Positions 54,855-63,477 of a stretch of DNA of 64,000 nucleotides are shown here, one piece after another. The first letter of the stretch is position 1. Each line of letters begins with the position of its first letter. The position numbers were made by a program, and so were the translations under genes. A model generated the notes under the pieces. The model saw only the letters and a list, made by a program, of their open reading frames with translations, searched no databases and was not told where the DNA came from. The DNA is from Methanobacteriota archaeon. GTDB lineage: Archaea; Thermoplasmatota; Thermoplasmata; RBG-16-68-12. Where the stretch lies: the NCBI GenBank assembly GCA_947084985.1, contig CAMTUI010000018.1:36868-100867 (forward strand), written 5' to 3'.

Positions 54855-55503
54855 AAATCTCGCCCGTCTCGCGGCTCCAGAATACGAGATCGAGGGATGC
54901 CATCGAGATGCCAACGTCGTCCGCAAATCGGAGCATGCGCCCCTCGATTGCAAGGTAGCGGCGCGGCGTGAGGGATTGCGGCGGTCGGCCGAGGACCCCG
55001 TGCCACGCAAGGTTCCGCAGGATATGCCGATCCAGGATCGCGAGGTCCTCCCCGCGGCCGATGTTTCGGAGGAAGTGGCTCGCCTCCTTCCACCCGAGGC
55101 CGTCCACTTCGCGCACGAGCCATGCGCGCGCCTCTTGCGGCGAAGGCGTAGAACCGAGCGAGCGGCTCAGGGGTGCGCCGTCAACGGAGAAGAACCGTTC
55201 CCGCGCGCGAACGATGTACGTCGCTTTGTGATTGTGAAACCGCGTGCGGTGCCGCAGGTACGTCGCAATCTGTCGCTCCCGGCCGGTCCACAGGAGTCCG
55301 TCGTGCACGAGGTCCCGGACCGCCGCATCCGCGGAGTGCGCCTTCGACTGGACCGCGAGCAGGCAGAAGCAGAGTTCCTCGAACAGCCGCTCGTCACCGA
55401 GACGCCCAATCTGCCGAAAGTCCACGAGGCGCGCCTCGATCGCCGTGCGTTTCGCGGCGTACTCTGCACGCAGCTCCTCCAGATGGCGGTAGCGATCGGA
55501 CAA
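54847..55503 (-). CDS. ogg: 8-oxoguanine DNA glycosylase / AP lyase, archaeal Ogg (Ogg2) type
   Basis: 'FEELCFCLLAVQSKA', 'RFHNHKATYIVRAR' and 'GWKEASHFLRNIGRGEDLAILDRHILRNL'. 218 aa. Confidence 0.88.
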   Translation of the reverse strand: MSDRYRHLEELRAEYAAKRTAIEARLVDFRQIGRLGDERLFEELCFCLLAVQSKAHSADAAVRDLVHDGLLWTGRERQIATYLRHRTRFHNHKATYIVRARERFFSVDGAPLSRSLGSTPSPQEARAWLVREVDGLGWKEASHFLRNIGRGEDLAILDRHILRNLAWHGVLGRPPQSLTPRRYLAIEGRMLRFADDVGISMASLDLVFWSRETGEIFK

Positions 55504-55545
55504 GGGAGCCGCGCAACGGAGGCCGGCATGATAAGTCTGTGGGGA

Positions 55546-57075
55546 CTACGCCGCGCGATTCCACTCCCGCAGGAGACTTACGAGGAGGCGGACGCCGAAC
55601 CCGGACGCGCCTCTCGGGAGGTACTCCTTCTTCGGGGAGTCCGGCGCGGCTTCGACCCACGACGTGCCCGCGATGTCGAGATGGGCCCACCGCAGGCCCG
55701 ACGCGAACTTCTCGAGGAACTTCGCCGCCGTGATGGCGCCAGCGCTGCGGCCCCCCGTGTTCTTGATGTCCGCGAAGTCGCTCTTGATCTGCTCGTCGTA
55801 TTCATCCCAGAGAGGCAAGGCCCAGACGCGTTCTGCGGTGGCCTCCGCCGCGCGTTCCAGGCGGGACCGCAGGTCGGCGTCATTCACGAACATCCCGGCC
55901 GCGTGCGCGCCCAAAGCGACTTTCACCGCGCCCGTGAGCGTGGCGATATCGATGACGGCCTTGGGTTTGAGGGTCTTCGCGTAGCCCAAGGCGTCCGCCA
56001 GCACCAGGCGGCCTTCGGCATCGGGGTTGAGGACCTCGATTGTCTTGCCTCCATACGCGCGGACGATGTCCCCGGGCTTCTGCGCGCTCCCGCTCGGCAT
56101 ATTCTCTGAGAGGGGTGCGATCCCGACGACGTTCACGGGAAGCTTGAGCCGGGCCGCGGCGAGGACCGCGCTCAACGCGACCGCCGCGCCGGCCATGTCG
56201 TAGCGCATGACCCACATCGGATCCGTGCCCAGAGCCTCTAGAGGCTTCAGCGCGATCCCGCCGGAATCGAACGTGATGCCCTTGCCGACGAACACGACTG
56301 GCTTTTCCTTCCCGCCGCCGCTGTACTCCAGCGTGACCAGACGAGGCGGCTCTACGCTCCCCTTCGCGACCCCGAGCAAGGCACCGAACCCCATCTTGTC
56401 GAGCTGCTTCTCGTCGTAGATCGTGAGTTTCGCGCCGGCCTCCTTCGCGCCCTTCTGGATGCGCTCCGCGAGTTGCCGCGGGGTCTTCACATTGCTCGGC
56501 GCGTTGATCAGGTCGCGGGCGAAGTTTGTCATCGTCGAGACAACGGACGCCCTATGGACCGCGTCGCGGATCGCGTCCGCGCGGGCCTTCTCCAGCGTGA
56601 CGATTGCCATCGCCTCGATCTTCTTCTTGTCCGCGTCCGTCTTGTGTTCCGTGTAGCGGTAGAGGCCGAGGAGCGTCCCCTCGACGACGGCTTCCGCCGC
56701 GTCGCCGAGGTCCAGATCCCCCACGCCCGCGCCATGGACGATCGTCGAGAACGTGCGCAGGCCCATGTCCCGCGCCTTCGTGGCCGCGCGTGCGGACACC
56801 TCGCGCACTCGGTCGAGGGTGAAGTCCTCCCGCTTCCCGAGTCCGACGACCATGACGCGGTTCGCGTTGATTTTGTCGAACGTCGGGAAGACGGTGACCT
56901 CCTTGGATCTCCCGGAGATGTCCCCCGTCGCGATCATCGCGGTGATCTGATGTCCGAGCGCCGCGTCGACCGCGCCCGTGGCGCCGCCGGGATGGCCCAC
57001 GCCCTCGAACAGGTTCACGACGATGACCTCGTCCTCCCATCGGGCGATGTCTCCGACCTCAACCTCGATTTTCAT
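55546..57075 (-). CDS. pepA: Leucyl aminopeptidase (M17)
   Basis: 'VGKGITFDSGG', 'NPDAEGRLVLADAL' and 'AHLDIAG'. 509 aa. Confidence 0.92.
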   Translation of the reverse strand: MKIEVEVGDIARWEDEVIVVNLFEGVGHPGGATGAVDAALGHQITAMIATGDISGRSKEVTVFPTFDKINANRVMVVGLGKREDFTLDRVREVSARAATKARDMGLRTFSTIVHGAGVGDLDLGDAAEAVVEGTLLGLYRYTEHKTDADKKKIEAMAIVTLEKARADAIRDAVHRASVVSTMTNFARDLINAPSNVKTPRQLAERIQKGAKEAGAKLTIYDEKQLDKMGFGALLGVAKGSVEPPRLVTLEYSGGGKEKPVVFVGKGITFDSGGIALKPLEALGTDPMWVMRYDMAGAAVALSAVLAAARLKLPVNVVGIAPLSENMPSGSAQKPGDIVRAYGGKTIEVLNPDAEGRLVLADALGYAKTLKPKAVIDIATLTGAVKVALGAHAAGMFVNDADLRSRLERAAEATAERVWALPLWDEYDEQIKSDFADIKNTGGRSAGAITAAKFLEKFASGLRWAHLDIAGTSWVEAAPDSPKKEYLPRGASGFGVRLLVSLLREWNRAA

Positions 57076-57184
57076 GACATCCTCCGTCCTGGTAAGAAAG
57101 TCAGAGGGGATCAGATAATAAGTGTAGCGTATGGCCCGCAGGTGGTCAAGTTCGCCGCGCCTGCCGAAATCGACTCTCCGAGCA

Positions 57185-57367
57185 CTACTTCACACGATTG
57201 ACCCACGCGAGGAAGCCGAGGTAGGCGAGCACCGGGAGGAGCAAGGGCGCCAGGTTTTGGGACACGACCATGGCCCAGATCGACAGGAGGAAAAGGACTA
57301 CGATCCCCGTCGCCCACCCGAATCCCATCTTGGTTTCCATCGCCCACGCCATCGCCTCATCCTCCAA
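57185..57367 (-). CDS. Small 2-TM membrane protein, hypothetical
   Basis: 60-aa ORF overlapping the upstream gene's 3' end by 11 nt. 'GIVVLFLLSIWAMVV' and 'LLLPVLAYLGFLAWV'. Confidence 0.35.
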   Translation of the reverse strand: MEDEAMAWAMETKMGFGWATGIVVLFLLSIWAMVVSQNLAPLLLPVLAYLGFLAWVNRVK

Positions 57368-57896
57368 GATTCAATGTCAAATGGCTCGCCGCGCCCATGA
57401 AGAAGAGCAGGGGCAAGGAAAGCGCCACATTCATCCGGGACGCGATGAGAGCTTGCTTCCCCCATTTGGCCATGTCCGGAGGCGCCGGTGTCCCTTTCGC
57501 CAGATCCTCCGTGGCTTTGATGATTTTCTTTTGATTGCGCCAAATCACACCCCACACATTGAGGAACATGAAAGTCCCAATCAGCCCGCCCGTAAGGATC
57601 GATACATACCACCAAGTCCGCGTCAGATCCACGGGCCCTTGTGCCGAATCGATGGCCCAGCGTGATAGAAAGAACAGCCAACCGGCGAGGACCGTCACAG
57701 CTGCGGACCAGCGGAACCACAGGAGTGCCCGTTTGACCAGCCGTGGAATGAGGACATTCTTGGTTGCGCCGTCGAGCTCCTTGAAAGTGGGGACCTGGAC
57801 GAAATTGAAGTAGTACAGCAGCCCAATCCACGTTATCCCCGCAAAAAAGTGTGTCCATCGTAGCGCGATAAAATAGACCTCTGTCGAGTCGACCAT
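57357..57896 (-). CDS. Small polytopic membrane protein with a conserved-His TM1 (HemJ / PuuD-N-terminal-like pattern); tentative
   Basis: 'LRWTHFFAGITWIGLLYYFNFVQ' and 'FLNVWGVIWRNQKKI' resemble the COG3748/PuuD and HemJ membrane domains as I recall them. 179 aa, no cytochrome c motif (CxxCH). Confidence 0.45.
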   Translation of the reverse strand: MVDSTEVYFIALRWTHFFAGITWIGLLYYFNFVQVPTFKELDGATKNVLIPRLVKRALLWFRWSAAVTVLAGWLFFLSRWAIDSAQGPVDLTRTWWYVSILTGGLIGTFMFLNVWGVIWRNQKKIIKATEDLAKGTPAPPDMAKWGKQALIASRMNVALSLPLLFFMGAASHLTLNLGG

Positions 57897-58045
57897 CCTC
57901 CTCCCCTGGCCGGCCAGATTCCGCCGAATGGTTATCTAGATTTCGGTGACAGCGACCTCGGCACCTATGCTGGTTCAGAACAAAGCCGCCGAATTCGCAT
58001 AATGGATAAGGCAGTCGCGCATTCGGCTGGCCGGCGGGGGATACG

Positions 58046-58552
58046 TTGCGAGACCGACAGCTCATTAGCGCCCTTTGGTTCGCGGCCCTGATCCTCGCCT
58101 CCCTCACGCCCTTCGCCCCGACCGCGACAGCCGGGGAGAGAACCTTCGTCATTGAGATGGAAAACATTCAATTCCGTCCGAACCTGATCCAAGTGGACCC
58201 GGGTGACATCGTCACCATCCTCGTGTTCAACAACGACACGACGGGCCACACGCTAGACATCACAGAGTTCGCCGTGCACATCGGCACCCGGACGGATCCC
58301 CTCCTGCCGGGGCAGAACCAGACGCGAACATTCACGGCAGATCGTGCGGGGACCTTCTGGTTCTTCTGCGACATCCCTGGTCACGCCTCCCGGTCCGGCA
58401 ACGAATGGACGGGAATGGCGGGTCGGCTCATCGTGGGTCAGACGCCCGCTCCCCTGGATCTCACAGTGGCCTTCGTAGCAGGAGGAGTCATCGCGGCGGC
58501 CGTCATCGTCGGCCTCGTGGTCTGGCTGCGGCGCCGGCCACCGAAGCTTTAA
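58046..58552 (+). CDS. Type-1 copper protein (cupredoxin, plastocyanin/halocyanin-like) with N-terminal signal and C-terminal TM anchor
   Basis: Cu ligands 'TTGHTLD' and 'FFCDIPGHASRSGNEWTGMAG'. C-terminal 'VAFVAGGVIAAAVIVGLVVWLRRR'. 168 aa. Confidence 0.85.
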   Translation: MRDRQLISALWFAALILASLTPFAPTATAGERTFVIEMENIQFRPNLIQVDPGDIVTILVFNNDTTGHTLDITEFAVHIGTRTDPLLPGQNQTRTFTADRAGTFWFFCDIPGHASRSGNEWTGMAGRLIVGQTPAPLDLTVAFVAGGVIAAAVIVGLVVWLRRRPPKL

Positions 58553-59343
58553 TCCCACTTCTCGAAACGGATGTACGCGAAGCCCAACTGCTCACAGAGA
58601 GTCTTGACGTCCCCGACCATGTTGTGCAAGCCGCAGATAAAGACCTGCTTGTCCCGGTAGTCCGTGATGTCGTTCTGCAGGACCTTCTGCACGTACCCGA
58701 CGCGGCCCTTCCAGTCGGAGGTCTCGGGTCGCGAGACGGTCGGATAGAAGTGGAAGTTCGGATGCTCCCGCTCCCATTTCTCCACGAGGTCCCTGTAGAT
58801 GAGGTCGTGGACGTAGCGCACGCCGAAGACGACGTAGAACTCGTGGCCGTCATCGAGGCCTTGGGACCAGATGTGGCCGAGCATTGAGATGAACGGCGCG
58901 ATCCCCGTCCCTGTGGCCACGAAGACCGTGTCGTACTGGATCGGCTCCGGAATCACGAAGCGCCCGAGGGGGCCGATCGCTTGGAGCTTCGTGCCCGGGG
59001 CCACATGGTGGAGGTAGTTCGACATGAACCCCCCTTCGACAACCTTGATGCAGAGCTCCAGATACTCCTTGTTCTCGGGCCACGAGGCGACGGAATACGG
59101 CCGGGAGATGCGCTTCCCGTCCTTCTCCGCGAAGATCGAGATGAACTGGCCCGGCTCGAAGTCGATGAGGGGCTCGTTCTCGAACGTAAAACGGATCAGA
59201 TACGTCTCCGGGTAGGTGGGCGCGATGTCAAAGACTTCCTTCACAATCGCGGTGTGCTTCCCAGACCGGAACTTCACGGGAGGCTCTGGAATGCGGGTCT
59301 TCTGGGCGATCGCGGCCTTCGGCGGAACGGCCTCCCGCATCAT
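58549..59343 (-). CDS. Ferredoxin-NADP+ reductase-like FAD/NAD(P)-binding oxidoreductase
   Basis: 'RPYSVAS' (FAD RxYS) and 'FVATGTGIAPF' (NAD(P)). 264 aa. Confidence 0.85.
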   Translation of the reverse strand: MMREAVPPKAAIAQKTRIPEPPVKFRSGKHTAIVKEVFDIAPTYPETYLIRFTFENEPLIDFEPGQFISIFAEKDGKRISRPYSVASWPENKEYLELCIKVVEGGFMSNYLHHVAPGTKLQAIGPLGRFVIPEPIQYDTVFVATGTGIAPFISMLGHIWSQGLDDGHEFYVVFGVRYVHDLIYRDLVEKWEREHPNFHFYPTVSRPETSDWKGRVGYVQKVLQNDITDYRDKQVFICGLHNMVGDVKTLCEQLGFAYIRFEKWD

Positions 59344-59430
59344 GGCGACCCCGGCACCTCCCGGCCCGATTTAAACGTTTCCTCAACATTCCGTGAGCAC
59401 GCACTAGACACAATCGAACGTCCGCGCGGG

Positions 59431-60129
59431 TCACCTCTTGTCGAGGAAGACTTGACTGTACAGCAGACCCGCGACCGTCCCGCCGATGAGAGGACCGATC
59501 CAGTAGACGTACCAGCTGTCGAAGAACCCCGACACGACCGCGGGGCCGAACCAGCGCGCTGGGTTCATCGCCGCGCCTGTGATCGGGCCGCCGACCATGA
59601 TGTCAATGGAAATCGTCAGGCCGATTGCGAATCCGCCCACCGCGTTGAACGAGCCCTTCGGATCGATGCCCGTTCCGTAGACGACGAAAGCCAGGAAGAA
59701 CGTGAGGACCGCCTCGACGAGGATCGCGGTCCCGATCCCGACATCCCAGCCGAGCAATGCGACGGTCCCCAGGGCAGGAGTGCCGAGATGGTACGGCTGC
59801 CAGATATCGGGAGGGAACACGCCCAGGAGGGTGAGAGCGCCGCCTAGGCCGCCAAGGAGTTGAGAGACCCAGTAGACGACTGCAAGGCGGACGGGAATCT
59901 GGCCGCCCACCAGTGCTCCGAGCGTCACAGCGGGGTTGAAGTGCCCGCCGGAAACGTGGGCCAAGGCGGACACCATGACACCGATCGCGAGGCCGTGGGC
60001 GAGCGCGATGAGCAGGAGGTCCGCGCTGCTCGTTGAGCCGAGGGTCAGAATCGCGCCCGCGCCGACGAAGATGAGCGTGTACGTCCCGATGAACTCTGCA
60101 ATGGCCTTACGCCACGTCGCGACGGCCAA
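59431..60129 (-). CDS. aqpM: Aquaporin (MIP family, AqpM-like)
   Basis: Two NPA boxes, 'GGHFNPAVT' and 'GAAMNPARW'. The start is taken at TTG 60129, preceded by GGGGAGG. The upstream track ORF part is Arg/Ser-rich and overlaps the next gene. Confidence 0.88.
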   Translation of the reverse strand: MAVATWRKAIAEFIGTYTLIFVGAGAILTLGSTSSADLLLIALAHGLAIGVMVSALAHVSGGHFNPAVTLGALVGGQIPVRLAVVYWVSQLLGGLGGALTLLGVFPPDIWQPYHLGTPALGTVALLGWDVGIGTAILVEAVLTFFLAFVVYGTGIDPKGSFNAVGGFAIGLTISIDIMVGGPITGAAMNPARWFGPAVVSGFFDSWYVYWIGPLIGGTVAGLLYSQVFLDKR

Positions 60130-60202
60130 CCGCCCCGCCTCCCCGCCGCGCGTAGCGTGGCTCGATATTCTAACTTTTCGTTTTCGACGAAGGCCGCGCG
60201 TT

Positions 60203-60745
60203 TCACGCAATGTAGGAGGCGGACCCTCGGTCGAAGCCGGGAACGAATTCGAGGGCCAGCTCCGCCGGCTGCCAGGCCGCGTCCGGGAAGACGAGGTTCG
60301 GGAAGAACCGCGCCGGGTCTGCGGAGATCTCGGTGACAAGGTGCTCCGAGCCAAAGAGCGTCTCGAGGATCCGATGAGACTGGATGCGACACACGCGTTC
60401 GTCGACGAATCCGATCGAGTGGAGGTACTCGTGGAGCAGCACGTAGAACGCGTACGGGCGGTACAGGTCCGGGTTCGTCTCCTGGATGCGGAGCAAGGGG
60501 ACCTTGTTCATCACAATTACGTTGCTCGCAATCGGATAGAACGCGCCGAGGAATCCCTGTGGATGGTTCCCTAGGTCGGCGAGGGCGAGCATGAGCCCCG
60601 CGCGGCTCCGTCCGAGGACCGCTTGGACCGCGCTCTTGACGAGCTCGAACAGGTCCGCGAGGGTCCGCGCCTTCTCCAGCTTCTGCGGGAAGTCCATCGC
60701 CGAACGGACGACCTCCGTCGCTCTTAAGGGATTGCCCTGCGGCAC
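60203..60745 (-). CDS. Hypothetical protein with an HExxH motif (putative zinc metallopeptidase)
   Basis: 'FYVLLHEYLHSIGF'. 180 aa. No other motif recognised. Confidence 0.55.
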   Translation of the reverse strand: MPQGNPLRATEVVRSAMDFPQKLEKARTLADLFELVKSAVQAVLGRSRAGLMLALADLGNHPQGFLGAFYPIASNVIVMNKVPLLRIQETNPDLYRPYAFYVLLHEYLHSIGFVDERVCRIQSHRILETLFGSEHLVTEISADPARFFPNLVFPDAAWQPAELALEFVPGFDRGSASYIA

Positions 60746-60751
60746 AGCGAA

Positions 60752-61432
60752 TCAGAACGGGAGCAGGTTCGCGCCCTCGAACCCGAGGAAGAGGAACGCG
60801 GCGTAGGAGATGCTAAGGAGGGCCGCGGCCACGTTGACGACCCGTCGCACACGGGCGTCGCCCCAGCGGCTGAGCGGGTAGGAGATCCCGATCCCGAAGA
60901 CGATCATTCCGAGCACGACCCCGGCGCTGAACACGCCGACGCCGCCCAGGAGGCCCGCGAGAGAGGTGACGCTTAGGGACGCAACGAAGAGGATGAGGAG
61001 CTCGTCGTTGCTCGCGAGGCCGTGGACCACGCCGATCCCGAACATCGCCCGGTGCTCCTGCGAATCCGTCAGGTGGATGTGCGTGTGGACGTGCTCCTCC
61101 GACTCGTGTCGGTGCAGATGCCGATGGAGCAGGCCGAACTCGACCAGGAGGCCGAGCACCCCGATGATGACGAGCATGATGGCCACCGCGAGCTCGAGGT
61201 GCGCGAGGAACTCGCGGAGCAAGGTCTCCCGGAAGGCGTACAGGACGATCGTCACGACCGTGGCGGTGATCATGTGGCCGGCGGCCCAGCTGATGCTCAT
61301 CCACGTCGTCCGGCGCAGGCTGCGGCTCCGCGTCAGGAGGTTCGAAACGGCGACAAGGTGGTCCGCGTCGTAGCTGTGCTTGAAACCGAGCGCAAGGGCG
61401 AGAGCGATGAAGAAGAGCGGATCGAGGGACAC
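60752..61432 (-). CDS. NiCoT/NicO-family nickel (cobalt) transporter with a His-rich loop
   Basis: Signature 'GFKHSYDADHLVAVSN' (HX4DH) and His-rich 'HRHLHRHESEEHVHTHIHL'. About 6 TM, 226 aa. Divergent from nikR. Confidence 0.8.
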   Translation of the reverse strand: MSLDPLFFIALALALGFKHSYDADHLVAVSNLLTRSRSLRRTTWMSISWAAGHMITATVVTIVLYAFRETLLREFLAHLELAVAIMLVIIGVLGLLVEFGLLHRHLHRHESEEHVHTHIHLTDSQEHRAMFGIGVVHGLASNDELLILFVASLSVTSLAGLLGGVGVFSAGVVLGMIVFGIGISYPLSRWGDARVRRVVNVAAALLSISYAAFLFLGFEGANLLPF

Positions 61433-61469
61433 AGAAACCGACCGGCACTCCGAATCGTCAGGATCCGGC

Positions 61470-61559
61470 GTAACACGTCTCCAGAAAACGTAACACAGCT
61501 TAAAGGTTCCCGGTGGCCTTCATCACCCCGGTAGCACCTGCGGTCCCGGAGGGTAGCAC
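61470..61559 (+). promoter_or_regulatory. Four same-orientation GTARCAC repeats plus a CTTAAAGG box in the nikR / Ni-transporter intergenic region (candidate NikR operator)
   Basis: GTAACAC at 61470-61476 and 61490-61496. GTAGCAC at 61531-61537 and 61553-61559, the last abutting the nikR GTG. CTTAAAGG at 61499-61506. Confidence 0.5.
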
Positions 61560-61967
61560 GTGACCGTCGCTCGCATCGGCGTCTCCCTGGAGGGCCGGCT
61601 CCTCGACGACTTCGATCATCTCGTCCGCTTGGAGGGATTCGCGAGCCGATCGGAGGCGTTGCGCGAGCTCATCCGCCGCGCCCTTGTCCGCCAGAGACGC
61701 ACGGTAGGCGGCAAGGTCGTCGGCACGATTACGTTCGTGTACCGCCACGACGTCGGCATGGTCACCCACCGGATCCTGCACAAGCAGCACGACTTCCTTG
61801 GGTCGATCCGGGCCACGGCCCACACTCACCTGGACGAGGAGACGTGTCTCGAGGTCCTGATAGTCGAGGGAAATGCGGAGCGTGTGGACGAACTCGCGAA
61901 CCGCCTGAAGACGACGAAAGGGGTCTTGTTCGCCGACACGGTTGTCGCCGCGGCAGACCTCCGCTGA
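61560..61967 (+). CDS. nikR: Nickel-responsive transcriptional regulator NikR
   Basis: GTG start. Ribbon-helix-helix 'RIGVSLEGRLLDDFDHLVRLEGFASRSEALRELIR'. C-terminal metal-binding domain 'HKQHDF...HTHLDEETCLEVL'. 135 aa. Confidence 0.9.
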   Translation: MTVARIGVSLEGRLLDDFDHLVRLEGFASRSEALRELIRRALVRQRRTVGGKVVGTITFVYRHDVGMVTHRILHKQHDFLGSIRATAHTHLDEETCLEVLIVEGNAERVDELANRLKTTKGVLFADTVVAAADLR

Positions 61968-62098
61968 TGACTACCGGGGCCCACGAGGGACCGGGACCCC
62001 CTCAGTACCGCGCGTGGAAATGGGTCTGAAAGCTTTATCCAAAGGCATATCGTCGGAACCGATGCGACATCCAGGACTCGCCGGGATCGCGTGTTTCC

Positions 62099-62542
62099 AT
62101 GGCAAACCCTCGCGGATACGGACCGACATACACGCCGGCTCCTCGACGTTCCGCGCCCTTCGGATGGAGTGGCCCGATCGTCCTTCTCGTCGGCGCAGCG
62201 TTGCTCGCAATCGGGATCGTGCTCATCATTGTCTCGTTCATCTCGTTCATGGCCGGAGTCATCAACGCCGGTCTCAGCCCATCCCCTGTGCGGGGGATTT
62301 TCGACTCCTTGCTCGGCGTCGTCCTGGTAGGCGCCATCGGGGTTGCCCTGACGTCCGTCGGTGGCTGGCTCGTCCGCTTCTGGTGGGTCTTCCTGCTCGT
62401 GGACATCGCGTCCGGCGGGGCCGCCGCGAACACGGCCGCTGGACGACAGGGCGGGCAGCTGGTCATGGTCCGGTGCCGCAACTGCGGCGCCCTCAACTAC
62501 GAGGGCGCGCCTCGATGCGTGGGTTGCAGCCAGCCCGTCTGA
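62099..62542 (+). CDS. Membrane protein (3 TM) with a C-terminal zinc ribbon, function unknown
   Basis: 'VRCRNCGALNYEGAPRCVGC'. 147 aa. Confidence 0.55.
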   Translation: MANPRGYGPTYTPAPRRSAPFGWSGPIVLLVGAALLAIGIVLIIVSFISFMAGVINAGLSPSPVRGIFDSLLGVVLVGAIGVALTSVGGWLVRFWWVFLLVDIASGGAAANTAAGRQGGQLVMVRCRNCGALNYEGAPRCVGCSQPV

Positions 62543-62604
62543 AATGCCGTCTCGTCCCGACATGTCGGAACCTATTTGAGCGGACGCGCGGAATCCGCGG
62601 CCCG

Positions 62605-63444
62605 ATGGGGCTCCTCACCCGGTTCGCGCGCCAGTGGGTCGCCGGGGAGACGCTGGTTGATGCCATCCGGGTCGCGAAGGCCGCGAACGCTCGAGGGATC
62701 CACGCCCTCGTGAACCACCTCGGAGAGCACTATCGCGAGAAGGCGCCGGTCGAGGCGACAACCCGGGAATACCTGCGGCTCCTCGCCGCGATGCGGACCG
62801 AGGGAGTCCGGGGGGACGTGAGCCTCAAGCCGACGCAGTTCGGCATCCTGATCGACCGGGACTACGCGCGGTCCCAGATGATCCTGATCCTCGACGCGGC
62901 GAAAGCGGAGGGTCGCGTGCTGTGGATCGACATGGAGTCCGCGGCGACAACGGACAACACGGTCTGGATCTGCGAGAGGCTCCTGGAGCGGTACGAGAAA
63001 GTCGGCATCTGTCTACAGGCGAATCTGATGCGGACGGACAGAGACCTCTCGCAACTCATCGACCGAGGGGCCCGGATCCGGCTCGTGAAGGGAGCGTACC
63101 GGGAAACGCCCGAGGTCGCGTTCACGAGACGGCCGGCCATCGACCGCCGGTATCTCGAGCTGATGGAGATCCTGTTCGTCCGGGCGAGGGAGTTCGCGGT
63201 CGCAAGCCACGACGACCGCATCATCGACCGCGCGCTTGAACTCGCACGGGACCATCCGGTGCCCTTCGAATTCCAGATGCTACAGGGCGTCCGGGACCCG
63301 CTGAAGGATGCGCTCGTCGGATCGGGCCATCGCGTGGCGGAGTACATCCCATACGGGCCGAACTGGCTGCCCTACTTCGCGCGCCGGCTGCGGGAACGGC
63401 CGCGGAACGTGATCACGATGGCCCGCTCCTTCGTCAGCGGCTGA
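62605..63444 (+). CDS. Proline dehydrogenase (monofunctional PRODH family)
   Basis: ATG 62605 lies in track ORF 61942..63444. 'ICLQANLMRT', 'IRLVKGAY' and 'FEFQMLQGV'. 279 aa. Confidence 0.85.
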   Translation: MGLLTRFARQWVAGETLVDAIRVAKAANARGIHALVNHLGEHYREKAPVEATTREYLRLLAAMRTEGVRGDVSLKPTQFGILIDRDYARSQMILILDAAKAEGRVLWIDMESAATTDNTVWICERLLERYEKVGICLQANLMRTDRDLSQLIDRGARIRLVKGAYRETPEVAFTRRPAIDRRYLELMEILFVRAREFAVASHDDRIIDRALELARDHPVPFEFQMLQGVRDPLKDALVGSGHRVAEYIPYGPNWLPYFARRLRERPRNVITMARSFVSG

Positions 63445-63477
63445 GAACCTTTTTCCCGCGCAGGGCCTTGGACGGCC

